30,643 nucleotides of DNA from an uncultured virus (IMG/VR IMGVR_UViG_3300035670_000104) (IMGVR_UViG_3300035670_000104), one strand, 5' to 3'; positions 10,191-20,057 are shown, numbered from the stretch's first letter. The notes: generated by a model from the letters alone, not told the origin. Numbers and translations are program-made.

Positions 10191-10688
10191 TTACAACAGT
10201 CCACTAAAGTCAGCGGCAATAAAGCCTAATGAAGCTAGGTTAGTTGGGAAAGTAGCACCTTCTTCATTACCGCCAATTAGAGAAGTAGCGCCTACTGCTT
10301 TAATAATCCATTCTCTTGACTCTACGTCCCCGCTAAATGTTGCAGAAGGAACCTTCTCAATCCAGCTAACAGGGGCGTAGAACATAGAGTTTCCGTTTGT
10401 GTCTTTGATAAAGATGGGAAACATTGCTCCGTAGAGAATTCCATCAGCACTTGCCCAAGCAGACAAAATGCTGTTATCATCAGCAACAGAAGAAAGTGTC
10501 AGAGATATGGAGTGAGTCATCAGCTTGTTGTGTGTCCTGCTAACTTGCCCATCTGGGGTAACAGATGTTGTCCACCTGTCCCCATCCTCTGCAATAGAAA
10601 TGAATGACCCTTCATGAAGTCCTTCAATTTGATAGATTCCTCCTAAAAGAATTACTACATCCTCCGGACTATAAAGAGCCACTGCCAT
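10191..10688 (-). CDS. Tail tube-like protein, paralogue 2 (DUF3277-like)
   Basis: YSPEDVV...GSFISI...SLTL...REWII closely parallels the 10709-11233 protein. Confidence 0.72.
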   Translation of the reverse strand: MAVALYSPEDVVILLGGIYQIEGLHEGSFISIAEDGDRWTTSVTPDGQVSRTHNKLMTHSISLTLSSVADDNSILSAWASADGILYGAMFPIFIKDTNGNSMFYAPVSWIEKVPSATFSGDVESREWIIKAVGATSLIGGNEEGATFPTNLASLGFIAADFSGLL

Positions 10689-10708
10689 TTCTTATTCCTT
10701 ACTAAGCT

Positions 10709-11233
10709 TTAGTTGCTTTTCCACTTATCTTCCACCGTATAACCCAGAGCAGTCAGAGTTGCTTCATTCTCAGGGTTCAGCTTGGAGTTACCACCAAAGT
10801 GACGGTCAACACCGATTACAGTGATAGTCCAGTCACGAGTTTCCAGGTCGGTGCCATAAGTGACCGTTGGGTCATTACCAATGAATGCTTGTGGAGCGAA
10901 GAATACACTTCGTCCCGTCAAATCCTTGATAGTGACAGAGAACAACATGCTGTTGTCGTGAGCTTCCTCGTCCAGCATTGCAATGCGAGAGAGAACGTCA
11001 TTAGATTCAGCGGATTGATGCAGTGTCAGACTAACAGTACCAGACTTGTTACGACGCAGAACGCGTGCGGCAGAGAGGTCAGAACCCACATACAGAGTAG
11101 CTCTATCTACAAGACGCTCATATGAAATGAACGTACCGTCTGCCATGCCAGAGATTGTGTGACTGAATTGATCGTTAGCGATAATCATCACAACATCTTC
11201 TGGGCTATAATTACCTAGATTTTCAGATGCCAT
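10709..11233 (-). CDS. Major tail tube protein (DUF3277-like)
   Basis: 174 aa, YSPEDVV..ISGMADGTFI..SGTVSLTLHQSAESNDVLS; first structural gene after sheath/HNH; codon usage resembles the capsid gene. Confidence 0.8.
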   Translation of the reverse strand: MASENLGNYSPEDVVMIIANDQFSHTISGMADGTFISYERLVDRATLYVGSDLSAARVLRRNKSGTVSLTLHQSAESNDVLSRIAMLDEEAHDNSMLFSVTIKDLTGRSVFFAPQAFIGNDPTVTYGTDLETRDWTITVIGVDRHFGGNSKLNPENEATLTALGYTVEDKWKSN

Positions 11234-11252
11234 TTTTATTTTCCAATTAGAG

Positions 11253-11280
11253 AAGGGAGTCTAAGCTCCCTTTATTTTTA
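11253..11280. terminator. Hairpin between HNH and tail tube genes (possible terminator or RNA stabiliser)
   Basis: AAGGGAG-TCTAAG-CTCCCTT. The T-rich tail (TATTTTT) lies on the plus (antisense) side; the sense-strand tail is weak. Confidence 0.5.
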
Positions 11281-11284
11281 TGTA

Positions 11285-12145
11285 TCAAGTATCAGGAAAG
11301 TTCTTTCTGACACCATAGTGCTCAAAACAAGCGTCATCGTAGGCTCTCGCAGCGGCTTCCTCAGAAACGAAACGTTTCTGCAACACTATTAGACCCTCTT
11401 TGTTCAGACGTGCCACCCACTTCTCTCTTGCAGCATCCCAATACACTCCAATATATTTTGAAGTACAATCTTCTATTTTACGTCTATTGAAGTTCTGGAT
11501 TGTGGTGGTGGTCCAGCGGCAATTCTCTTTACAATAGTTGCCATTAACATCTATGCGGTCTAGTGACATGCCGTCGGGGCGTTCTCCCATGTCTGCGTAA
11601 AAAGCCTCAAAAGATTCCCAAGAAGAGTCATAAGAAATCCCCCTACCGCCATAGTTTTCATACGCCGGAGATAGAGGATTTCGACAACGTTCTTTCATGG
11701 ATTGCCACGAACTGTATTCCGGTGTTCCAGACATTCCATGTTTTTGTTTAAGAAGAGCTGCAGATTCTTTCTGGATACAACCACAAGATTGCGTATGTCC
11801 ACTTTTTAAATTTTTATAAGGGAACTCCTTGATACCACTACCACAGGAACAACTGGCAAGTACTCTGCGTTTATTCTTCAACACCCCCAGGTCTTGCACA
11901 ATTGTCAGTCTACCAAAAACTTCTCCCACAGTTACATCCGTCTTGAGCTTGACTGCTGCTTTTATCTGCAAACATCCACAAGATTTGGTAGGATTCTTTG
12001 TCTTAGTGAGAGATACGCATCGGTATTCTCTCTCACCAGAGCCACAAGAGCAAGTACACATAACAAAGTACGGATACTGCGTTGGGTCTCGTTTGAACCT
12101 AGCAGACACCACAGTCAGTTCGCCAAATTTATCACCTACCTCCAT
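11285..12145 (-). CDS. Free-standing HNH homing endonuclease with tandem Cys-rich repeats and a C-terminal AP2 domain
   Basis: Two repeats FGxLT..CxCSCGSG..SCGCxQ; HNH-type core SLDRIDVNGNYCKENCRW; AP2 motif SKYIGVYW..KWVARL..EEAAARAYD. Likely start is ATG 12145 (SD GGAGG), not 12220, because the promoter lies inside the longer ORF. Confidence 0.88.
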   Translation of the reverse strand: MEVGDKFGELTVVSARFKRDPTQYPYFVMCTCSCGSGEREYRCVSLTKTKNPTKSCGCLQIKAAVKLKTDVTVGEVFGRLTIVQDLGVLKNKRRVLASCSCGSGIKEFPYKNLKSGHTQSCGCIQKESAALLKQKHGMSGTPEYSSWQSMKERCRNPLSPAYENYGGRGISYDSSWESFEAFYADMGERPDGMSLDRIDVNGNYCKENCRWTTTTIQNFNRRKIEDCTSKYIGVYWDAAREKWVARLNKEGLIVLQKRFVSEEAAARAYDDACFEHYGVRKNFPDT

Positions 12146-12172
12146 AATTACCTCCATTAAGTTGAAAGCATA

Positions 12173-12201
12173 ATCATAGCATAGGGTCTGTCGCTTGTCA
12201 A
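12173..12201 (-). promoter_or_regulatory. Sigma70-type promoter for the HNH gene
   Basis: TTGACA-17 nt-TATGAT with extended -10 TG. Confidence 0.8.
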
Positions 12202-12216
12202 CTGTTAGAGCTACTG

Positions 12217-13296
12217 TCAATAACTCACGGTCGCGCGCACAACTACGGAGCCCGTGGAGCCCTGCATCCTATACGAAACCTTAAAGTCCCCTAGAATACG
12301 ATTAGCACGCTGTACTTCAGGGATAGACAAAACATCTGGAGAAATTACAGTGGGTGCGGGGGCATCGGCAATAAAGCCATTTGCAATACCTTGAGCATTA
12401 ACACTGCGAATTTCAGCTTCCACGATCAACGCTCCGGTCTGGGTCATGGGCAACTTTTTCTTAGTAGCTAGGCGGTAGAATACTTGTTCTTGAACACGGG
12501 CTGTCCACCAGTCAATACCAATAATGTCCGCAATTTGCGTACCTTCAGAACTCCAACCTCTACGGAAGATGTTAATGCCAGCCACTTTGATAAAGTAGTT
12601 TACATGTTTTGCGTCAAGTGCAGAGATTTGAGTTTGCGTCAGCTTGCTAACTTGTACACCAGAAGCACCCTTAAAGTCCCAAGTATTAGAGCCAGGGACT
12701 TCTGCAATCTGACCACCCATCCAGCCGATTTCAGGGTGGTTTATGGCTGCTTCAGGGTGGTACACCAGTACAACTCGGTCATAGCTACCATCCGCAAGGA
12801 AAGAGCCAATATCATTTGTCACAGCAGGATTAGGAACGTCAGAGTCTGCTGTAGAAGCTACAAAGATTTTCTTCAAAGCTTGAATAACAGCAGCAACTTC
12901 CTTAATATCGCCTTCTACCTTGGAATCAATACCAATTGCATACCACTCGTCGTTATATGCTAGGATAGCCTGCAAACCTTGGGTGTAAGTCTCTGTAGAA
13001 TTCTTCACGCCAATCATGAACGAAGCTGGACGAATGTCGTTACCAAGCAGCTTTTGAGCCATCTTATAAGCTTCGCTGGTAGTGCCAAAATCGTCGCCAA
13101 CGGCAGTAAGACCCGTATACTCACGAACACGCAAAGTAACGTCAGCAGGGACAGTTACGGGACTCATTGGGTCTGTATTGTCGATAGTGTCTGGAAGATT
13201 CACCATCAACAGAGGGATGTCAAAAGAAGCAGTATCAATCTGTGCAGTTTCACGAGATACATAAACCTCTACAATTTGACTAATATCATCAGCCAT
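12217..13296 (-). CDS. Tail sheath protein (DUF3383-like, compact)
   Basis: 359 aa; PGSNTWDFK, ADIIGIDW and QRANRIL motifs; upstream of the tube genes. Confidence 0.85.
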   Translation of the reverse strand: MADDISQIVEVYVSRETAQIDTASFDIPLLMVNLPDTIDNTDPMSPVTVPADVTLRVREYTGLTAVGDDFGTTSEAYKMAQKLLGNDIRPASFMIGVKNSTETYTQGLQAILAYNDEWYAIGIDSKVEGDIKEVAAVIQALKKIFVASTADSDVPNPAVTNDIGSFLADGSYDRVVLVYHPEAAINHPEIGWMGGQIAEVPGSNTWDFKGASGVQVSKLTQTQISALDAKHVNYFIKVAGINIFRRGWSSEGTQIADIIGIDWWTARVQEQVFYRLATKKKLPMTQTGALIVEAEIRSVNAQGIANGFIADAPAPTVISPDVLSIPEVQRANRILGDFKVSYRMQGSTGSVVVRATVSY

Positions 13297-13329
13297 ATTA
13301 TTTCCTTATGTTATTTTTATGGAAATCCC

Positions 13330-13854
13330 TCATGGAAGAGGAATCAAATTACCATTGACCGTGATGTAATCTGCCCAGTCAATATCTTGCGCCGTTCTAA
13401 CGGCAAAACCAAGCGTCAGGTCAAAAGCGTAGGAGTTAACCCAAACATTCTCTCTTAGCTGTGGTGCTCTTCTAACGTCAGTTTTTCTTCTGATAGCTAG
13501 GTTATTTTTTGTGAAGCATTCTCGTACAACAGTGTTTCCACTTAACTGACTATGTAGGGTCATTGCATTATTAGCAGCACCAGTACCATAGAAATTCAAC
13601 TGAATCAACACTTCATAGTTTTGTACAGAGTATTGCTTTGTCTGTACATTATCCCAAACCAAAACACCTCTTTGATAATCAGCACCTCCGGTAGCAATCA
13701 TCTGAAGGGTGTTAATCATTACATAATCACCTTTAGGCTGTGGAGCATTTTGATGAGAGATGATAGGAATACATTGCATTGAAAGGACGTTGTTTGTTTG
13801 TTGAATAGTTTTTACAAACGAACTTTCAAAATCTGTATAAATTGTATAAGCCAT
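13330..13854 (-). CDS. Tail terminator / tail completion protein
   Basis: 174 aa immediately upstream of the sheath gene; QNAPQP and QLNFYG motifs. Confidence 0.62.
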   Translation of the reverse strand: MAYTIYTDFESSFVKTIQQTNNVLSMQCIPIISHQNAPQPKGDYVMINTLQMIATGGADYQRGVLVWDNVQTKQYSVQNYEVLIQLNFYGTGAANNAMTLHSQLSGNTVVRECFTKNNLAIRRKTDVRRAPQLRENVWVNSYAFDLTLGFAVRTAQDIDWADYITVNGNLIPLP

Positions 13855-13862
13855 TTCACTCC

Positions 13863-14390
13863 TTACACAAAGCTAAGTGTTTGTGGTTTATAATCTCTAG
13901 AGGAATATGCTTTCATTGGCATTACATCAAATCTTGCATTCTCAATCAATGTACCTGTCTCAACCCACGGATCGTTAAACCCTTTAGCTTTCACTGTAGA
14001 TGGCTTGTTAGGAACAATGTCATAACTCTTTAGTGTGTACTTGAAGAGATAAAGCATCTTAGGGGCTAACTTGACATGAAGCTGTTTCCATGTCAAACTA
14101 CCTCTTGCTACCAAATCAATCATCGGGATAGCAGCTTTTACAAACTCATCAGCTTCTGCAATCGTAGGAATGAACATCGTTCTGATTGCTGGACGTGGAG
14201 GTTGGTTATTAGAAGGCTGACCTTCTTCCACCCACTGAGCAACCTGAGCCATAGGTAGATTACCATTATCAGGCCCGTAATTTTGACCTTCAAACCAACC
14301 AAGATTAATTTGATACTTTTGCTTCCTCAGATTCTTTTTCATCTGAGTCCACACTTTAACGTCTTTGGTATATCCTTTATTGCGAGACAT
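13863..14390 (-). CDS. Neck / virion morphogenesis protein
   Basis: PPRPAIR and PNKPSTVKAKGFNDPWVETGTL motifs typical of myovirus neck genes. Confidence 0.68.
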   Translation of the reverse strand: MSRNKGYTKDVKVWTQMKKNLRKQKYQINLGWFEGQNYGPDNGNLPMAQVAQWVEEGQPSNNQPPRPAIRTMFIPTIAEADEFVKAAIPMIDLVARGSLTWKQLHVKLAPKMLYLFKYTLKSYDIVPNKPSTVKAKGFNDPWVETGTLIENARFDVMPMKAYSSRDYKPQTLSFV

Positions 14391-14802
14391 AGACAGCCTG
14401 ATTCTGTGGTGTTTCTGGAAGTCTGTAGCAGATTGTCTTTGTGTGATCTAGAACACCCATCTTGTAAGTTAGGGTCTTTACTGCCTGATATTTCTTACCT
14501 TCCCAGATAATCAAATCAGCTTTTGTTTGACCAACTTCACTTAAAGTTCTTAGAGTTTCTTCACAATAAACCTTAATGCTTTCTTTAGTTCTATCCACCT
14601 CTGGCAGAGACATGAGTTCATAACCCTTCAGAGGTTGCACGTTAGCTTCAATACTCACGGAGGTATCTGTACCATCCTTCCAATACCCATCAACCCAAGA
14701 GCCTTCACCTTTTCTAAGCACAGTGACAGTCACCTTATGAGTTAGGAGAAAGTTAGGAACTGTCCTTCCAATCTTGCTGTTTGGATTAGGCTTCATACTC
14801 AC
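14377..14802 (-). CDS. Head closure (stopper) protein
   Basis: G.W.DG.W, ANVQPL and ADLIIWEGKKYQ motifs; position after the adaptor gene. Confidence 0.65.
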   Translation of the reverse strand: MSMKPNPNSKIGRTVPNFLLTHKVTVTVLRKGEGSWVDGYWKDGTDTSVSIEANVQPLKGYELMSLPEVDRTKESIKVYCEETLRTLSEVGQTKADLIIWEGKKYQAVKTLTYKMGVLDHTKTICYRLPETPQNQAVYVSQ

Positions 14803-15320
14803 TCCTCGACAATCACAACAGGAACACCTGAGATCGGGGAAGGAGGAAACTCTCGCTTATAGTGTTCATCCAAGAACATCTGTGTGCTTGTAGTAGCTCC
14901 AGAAATTTGTGGCACGGTATGAGATTCCCAAGTAAGAGAACTTCTGACTTGATCGGAGTTGTTATTAATTTCACCAACCTTGCACCAGCTAATACCGCCA
15001 AAATAGGGCATTAGGCCAATATCCAGAGTTGTAATACTCTTGTCATTAATGAGGTCTTGTAGAGCTTTTTGATACTGCAAGGAAACGTTATTCCAAACCT
15101 CAATATCCCCTGTGCGCTCTCTATACGTCATCTGTGCAAATTGCATAGAAGCGGAGATAGCTGTAGCTCTAACACCCTTTTTCAAGTCCCAGTTGTAGTA
15201 TTCTAGGATAGACCCAATCTCAATGTCTGTAAAGATGGGATAGAATGGGCTACTGGTAGTATCGCCACAGAACAATCTGACAAGATTGATCTTACTTTGT
15301 TGTTCAGGTGTGAATGCCAT
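14799..15320 (-). CDS. Head-tail adaptor protein
   Basis: 173 aa downstream of the major capsid gene; VRLFCGDT..FTDIEI motif. Confidence 0.65.
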   Translation of the reverse strand: MAFTPEQQSKINLVRLFCGDTTSSPFYPIFTDIEIGSILEYYNWDLKKGVRATAISASMQFAQMTYRERTGDIEVWNNVSLQYQKALQDLINDKSITTLDIGLMPYFGGISWCKVGEINNNSDQVRSSLTWESHTVPQISGATTSTQMFLDEHYKREFPPSPISGVPVVIVEE

Positions 15321-15335
15321 TCTTCCCTCTGTTCC

Positions 15336-15494
15336 TTATTCTTCTACAGCCTTCTTAGCTGCTTTCTTAGCAGGTTCTGTAAGCTTTAGCTTCTCAATCT
15401 CAATTTGCAGCTTTTCAACCAAAGCTTCTAGCTGGTTGATACGCTCTGCTACCACTGGGCGTGGTTCAAAACCACTCAGCTTTTCTTTACTCAT
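15336..15494 (-). CDS. Small coiled-coil hypothetical protein (52 aa)
   Basis: MSKEKLSGFEPRPVVAERINQLEALVEKLQIEIEKLKLTEPAKKAAKKAVEE; SD AAGGA; fills the gap between the terminator and the adaptor gene. Confidence 0.65.
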   Translation of the reverse strand: MSKEKLSGFEPRPVVAERINQLEALVEKLQIEIEKLKLTEPAKKAAKKAVEE

Positions 15495-15514
15495 CTTATC
15501 CTTCCTGTATAATA

Positions 15515-15555
15515 GACAAACAAAATGGGGAGGGAAGAATTTCCTCCTCTCCCCC
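15515..15555 (-). terminator. Rho-independent terminator after the major capsid gene
   Basis: GGGGAG-A-GGAGGA-AAT-TCTTCC-CTCCCC followed by ATTTTGTTTGT. Confidence 0.8.
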
Positions 15556-15566
15556 TTCTATGCTAA

Positions 15567-16646
15567 TTAAGTATTAGTGAAGTTAACAGTACGAACCAGA
15601 TAAGGCTTTGCCAGCACAGCAGCAAAGTTCGATTCAGACATCAGCACCAGCTTGTCATCGTCTTCGCTCATCTTCTCAAAGAAGTAAGCAAACTGAGCAG
15701 TTTGGTTGATGTGGCTGAAGCGTTGTGCTGGAGCGTGTTGCAGGAAGCCCAGAGCCTCACCGATTGGCATTGCCACACCCGTGTTAGCAGGGATCACAGG
15801 GCTACCAGCCACCACACCAGGATACTCAATGAATAGAATACCGCCGTAGTTAAACTGGCGATAACGAGCACCCAGCGAAGAACGCAGACGACCAACCAGC
15901 AGAGATTCTGCTTGAGGGAAGTTGGAGGCTTGCATGTAAATATCACGCACATAGGGGTGAGAAGTCAGCTCACTGAACAGACCAGTAGAGCACAGCACCA
16001 CGTAACCTTCCAGGGCGTCACCAGCGTAAGCAGAACCTTGCATTGCACCATACAGCGCATCAACAGTAATCTTAGGGTCAACCGTAGGAGCCAGATTCAG
16101 GGTAGAAGTCTGACGAGTGATACCCCACTCTTGGTACATATTGATGGTGTTACCATAAGAGGTCTTCAGCGTGCCGCTAGGAGCATACACGTCACCAGTC
16201 ACCAGGGCCAGACCACGGGCGTACTCCTTAGTCACAGCATGACGGCGCACAATGCCTTCCATCTTCTGAGCACGCAGGCGTGCCACAGTTTCCAGTTGGC
16301 TACCAGCTTCCAGAACCACACCAGGAGCCAACTGACCATCCAGGTCAGCAGGGCGAATAGCGTCATCCAGAGGGAAGTGAGGAATCTTAGCCATCAGGCC
16401 TTCATACTTACCTTGCAGTTGGGTGTTGCGACCACCTTCATAGGAACGGTCAACAATAGGGCCAACATCGGTTTCAGTGTAGGTAGGGATAACGAAAGTC
16501 TTTTGAGTACCTGCGGTATCGTTGAACACGCCCAGTTCGCCAATCAAACCCCAAGTCATAGGGATTTGGTTGATTGCTGGAGTTAGGTCAGCAACACGAC
16601 CCATCACGTTAGGGATGTTGGTCAGGGCTTTGTTAATATCAGTCAT
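15567..16646 (-). CDS. Major capsid protein (lambda gpE / Phage_cap_E-like)
   Basis: 359 aa; KIPHFPLDDAIRPADL and F.YGGI.FIEY motifs; GC-richer codons than its neighbours; followed by a strong terminator. Confidence 0.92.
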   Translation of the reverse strand: MTDINKALTNIPNVMGRVADLTPAINQIPMTWGLIGELGVFNDTAGTQKTFVIPTYTETDVGPIVDRSYEGGRNTQLQGKYEGLMAKIPHFPLDDAIRPADLDGQLAPGVVLEAGSQLETVARLRAQKMEGIVRRHAVTKEYARGLALVTGDVYAPSGTLKTSYGNTINMYQEWGITRQTSTLNLAPTVDPKITVDALYGAMQGSAYAGDALEGYVVLCSTGLFSELTSHPYVRDIYMQASNFPQAESLLVGRLRSSLGARYRQFNYGGILFIEYPGVVAGSPVIPANTGVAMPIGEALGFLQHAPAQRFSHINQTAQFAYFFEKMSEDDDKLVLMSESNFAAVLAKPYLVRTVNFTNT

Positions 16647-16686
16647 TTAAATAATCCTTCTTGTTCTTTATTATTACGTGTTACTA

Positions 16687-17136
16687 TTAGGCGATGGTGG
16701 TTTCAGCCACGATGTCTTGAGCCTTCAGCAGATGGATCAGGTTAGCTTGATCGGCAGCAGCAGTCAGACCAATAGCTGTGCAAGCAGCCTTCAGAGTTGC
16801 ATCCTTAACAGCAACATTGCCACGAACCAGAAGAGTTACCACATGGTCGCCAGTACCAGACACGTCATATTGTTCGCCCAGGCCGTTAGCAATCACCAGA
16901 GCAAATTCGTTGGTGGTGGCAAGAGCGGTGTTCAGCTTTACAGGTGCCCACTTCGTACCAGAGACAGCGTTCTTGGCGCGGAATACAGGAGTACCCAGAG
17001 TCAGCACATCGCCACTAGCCAGAGTGACGGTAGCGTCAACAGCCTTGTCAGCACGGGTGTAGCCAATGTAAGCGGAGTCAGCTTCGTGCAGAATCAGATC
17101 AGACAGCTTACGAGCTTGGTAAGTAAATTTTGCCAT
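16687..17136 (-). CDS. Head decoration protein
   Basis: 149 aa, Ala/Thr-rich, between the scaffold and capsid genes. Confidence 0.75.
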   Translation of the reverse strand: MAKFTYQARKLSDLILHEADSAYIGYTRADKAVDATVTLASGDVLTLGTPVFRAKNAVSGTKWAPVKLNTALATTNEFALVIANGLGEQYDVSGTGDHVVTLLVRGNVAVKDATLKAACTAIGLTAAADQANLIHLLKAQDIVAETTIA

Positions 17137-17186
17137 TTTATTTCCTTATTGAGAATTTATTGTTTTGTGTTTTAATCTACCAAGCT

Positions 17187-18116
17187 TTACTTAGCAGCGT
17201 ACTTCTGTTTCAGAATGGCCGCAGTGGCTTCTTCTGCTTGAGGAGCTTCAGCATTGGGGTCGCTCACTTGCTTCATTAGGTCAGACTGTTCAACAGCCTC
17301 CTTTTGACTCTTTAGAGCCTTCACGATTTCAGCAAACGCTTCGTCAGACAGAGCTTCCGTAGACTTCACCAGTTCAACAGAACCAGTTTGGATCAGAGCA
17401 GCAACTTCGACCTCACGAGCCTTCAGCACTTGTGCCTTACGAGCATCTTCAGCGGCCTTGACAATTTCTTGTACCTTAGCCAGTTCTTCCTTGCTCTTTG
17501 CGATTTCTGCTTGCAGAGCCGTAATCTCCGCATCCTTAGCTGCAACAGCTTTTTGGATTTCTTCTTGCATTTTTTCTTTCTTTTCTGTAAATGCAGCCAA
17601 TGCTTTTTGAACACGGCTGTTTGTTTCAGGATTGTTCAGAGCTTTATTTACTAGAACATACTCCCCATCCTCCAACTTATCCTTCGCTTGCTCAGAAATA
17701 ACAACCTTACCTGTTTCCACGTAAAACCATTCCTTCTCAACACTCTTGGCTTCGTCTGCAATAACATACTCTTCGTTTTGTCCGAGAGAATATGCCACCA
17801 TGTACAAACTGTTTTCACGCCAAAAGAAAGCGTTGGCATCATCGAAGTCTTCTAAATAAAGCCACTCATCGTCATCCTGAAACTTCTGCTTAATAGCAGC
17901 AGAAAGCTCCTGTTGAACTTGAGAATTAAGTTTGGCTTTCTCAATAAGAGCTAGTTGACTAGTCACTTGTTGATCTGTAATACCACTGGTACTCTTTGTA
18001 AGTAGAGTGGTTTTTAGGTTTGCTGGGCCTCCTTGGTCTTTATGCACCAGTGCAATGTGAGCACCTTCATGGTCAAAAGAAAAATTAGACAACCTGTTTT
18101 TTGCTTTATTAGTCAC
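17187..18116 (-). CDS. Capsid scaffolding protein
   Basis: Long A/E/K coiled-coil C-terminus. Probable start is GTG 18116 (SD GGAG), overlapping the protease stop. Confidence 0.75.
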   Translation of the reverse strand: MTNKAKNRLSNFSFDHEGAHIALVHKDQGGPANLKTTLLTKSTSGITDQQVTSQLALIEKAKLNSQVQQELSAAIKQKFQDDDEWLYLEDFDDANAFFWRENSLYMVAYSLGQNEEYVIADEAKSVEKEWFYVETGKVVISEQAKDKLEDGEYVLVNKALNNPETNSRVQKALAAFTEKKEKMQEEIQKAVAAKDAEITALQAEIAKSKEELAKVQEIVKAAEDARKAQVLKAREVEVAALIQTGSVELVKSTEALSDEAFAEIVKALKSQKEAVEQSDLMKQVSDPNAEAPQAEEATAAILKQKYAAK

Positions 18117-18552
18117 TAAGTTTCTCCACGGTTGCACGGCAACCAACGCTAATTCCTGTAATCTCTTCATTCAGCACGGCTTGCCACAAAGCTTCACCAA
18201 CCTCTGTTTCAGGGAAATACCATTCGGTGAGCCAAGTACCTTTTGAGATAAACTTGTCACCAATATACATATCCACAGGGGTTGTATAGGACTGGATAAT
18301 CTCAGCGTCTTGTGTTTCAACCATGTGGAAGAGGTTAGCCTTCATGCAGTGTCGATTGAAATTCTGCATACCCTTTTCAATTTCTTTAGCAGAGTATGTA
18401 TCCCCATGAGCATCCACCTCATCTGGAGCAAGAACAACAAACAAAGCTTTTCTTTCAACCTCGTTTGCTGCCTTTTCAATCTTCACAACTTCCTTCTTGA
18501 ACAGAGGCTCAAGCACATCAGAAAGAGCTTTCTTCAAATCTTCAATATTCAC
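18109..18552 (-). CDS. Prohead protease (XkdF-like / Peptidase_S78_2)
   Basis: VLAPDEVDAHGD, NLFH, KGTW and EITGISVG motifs; between the portal and scaffold genes. Confidence 0.78.
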   Translation of the reverse strand: MNIEDLKKALSDVLEPLFKKEVVKIEKAANEVERKALFVVLAPDEVDAHGDTYSAKEIEKGMQNFNRHCMKANLFHMVETQDAEIIQSYTTPVDMYIGDKFISKGTWLTEWYFPETEVGEALWQAVLNEEITGISVGCRATVEKLSD

Positions 18553-20036
18553 TATGCTGACCCTTCCGCGTTCAATGCTGTGTTATCACGCCCACTCACT
18601 GTTTTTCTAGTTCCTTCTCCAGATGGGCTAGCTAATCCTTCAGAAGCACCAGATTGGTACTGTGTAAGCTCAGACAAGAATTCTTCTCTATCTTGATCTT
18701 CCTTGAATTGAGGAGTAATACCTCCCAACCTAGAAGTGACAAAGTTTACAGCTTCTGGAGTCTTGGGGAACAATCCAACAGCAGCAGTACGTTGAATGTA
18801 CTTACCAATCTCATCAAGTGATTCTTCGCTGACTTCGCCATATTCAAACTTAGGAGTGTCTGTAGTATCCCACCCGTTCAAGGCAAACAACTGAGGAATC
18901 AGGTCATGATTTAGTTGTTCCTGAATCTGTGTAAGACGAGCTTGAACCACCATCTTAGTGACGCTATCCAACGACTCGGCTAGAGAGAACGACCCACCAC
19001 CTTCTTGACCCAGAATCAATTGAGAAGCCATCAATCCAGTGACGATTTCTTTGCGGAAGCGAGAGATAATCTTGTCCGTGTCATTGGCCTTCTGTCCCAT
19101 CACGGAGATAGCTTCAAACTCAAACATCTTATGTCCCTTTTCATCTCTGAACATAGGGAGAATGATGCTAGACTGTTCGTTGTTATTGACACTCGACATA
19201 CCACGCTGGTAGTGAGCATAAACAGCCTTGTCTTCCTCTGAAGCCTCTGGGTTTAGATATTGCGGAGGAAGGTACAACACCTTCATACCACGAACATCGT
19301 TGCTTACAGACATAGCCTCGAACTCTTCAAGGGAAGTTTTATAGCGCCATGCTCTGTAAACACTCTTCAAAGGACTAACACCTTCTGGAGAATTCTTGTT
19401 AGAATTATTCTTCACCAGAAGGAACTTCTTACGAGGAATGAATGTTGGTTGATCTGTAGTGACAGAAGTAAAATCATTTCTGTTACTCACCATCGCCGGA
19501 GACTGATAAAGTCCATCCAAGTCTCTTCCATTGTTCTTGAAATTCCAAGACACAATAGTTTCTTGAGGGATAGGGGCTAGTTTCTTTAGACCAATCAAGC
19601 CATCATTAAACTTGCTACCCTTAGACTTCTCTCTGTACCGAAACACCTTCTCGGATACAGCGAATCCATATGAGTTATGTGTTCCAAGGTAACGAATAGC
19701 TTCAGCAAAAGGATGATCCATATCAATCATCACTTGCTTCAAGAAGTTCACCTGTCTTGCTTGTTCTTCTTCCTTACCAGGAGTGGCTGCAACAGTCCAA
19801 GGAACTCTAGCAATAGCCATTTCTACAGCAGCAACAGCAGGGGCAATTGTTGCATCCTTGAGCATGAGGGAATATGTTTGCATTGCAAAGGGCCATCGTA
19901 GAGCACGATTTTCTTCTTCTGCAATATTCCCTGCAATAACTCTCACCCCGTTATTACCTGTTTGGCTAAGGCGAATTTTAGGCGCTCCTTCTCGACTTTC
20001 TTGGAAGCCGTTTTCAGGAACAATGTCTTCTTCCAT
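18552..20036 (-). CDS. Portal protein (DUF935-like)
   Basis: 494 aa downstream of terL; GSFSLAE and LNHDLIPQLFALN motifs. Confidence 0.88.
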   Translation of the reverse strand: MEEDIVPENGFQESREGAPKIRLSQTGNNGVRVIAGNIAEEENRALRWPFAMQTYSLMLKDATIAPAVAAVEMAIARVPWTVAATPGKEEEQARQVNFLKQVMIDMDHPFAEAIRYLGTHNSYGFAVSEKVFRYREKSKGSKFNDGLIGLKKLAPIPQETIVSWNFKNNGRDLDGLYQSPAMVSNRNDFTSVTTDQPTFIPRKKFLLVKNNSNKNSPEGVSPLKSVYRAWRYKTSLEEFEAMSVSNDVRGMKVLYLPPQYLNPEASEEDKAVYAHYQRGMSSVNNNEQSSIILPMFRDEKGHKMFEFEAISVMGQKANDTDKIISRFRKEIVTGLMASQLILGQEGGGSFSLAESLDSVTKMVVQARLTQIQEQLNHDLIPQLFALNGWDTTDTPKFEYGEVSEESLDEIGKYIQRTAAVGLFPKTPEAVNFVTSRLGGITPQFKEDQDREEFLSELTQYQSGASEGLASPSGEGTRKTVSGRDNTALNAEGSA

Positions 20037-20057
20037 TATTTCTCCTTATTGCAAATA

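Noticed and set aside
12146..12296. HNH gene as part of a group I intron interrupting the sheath gene
   Set aside because: The sheath has a plausible natural C-terminus, there is no space for an intron core, and no second exon precedes the tube gene.
15912..17175. Long plus-strand ORFs (224 and 165 aa) opposite the capsid and decoration genes
   Set aside because: Antisense shadows of codon-biased genes; no RBS or recognisable motifs. The same applies to the other plus-strand ORFs between 214 and 27920.
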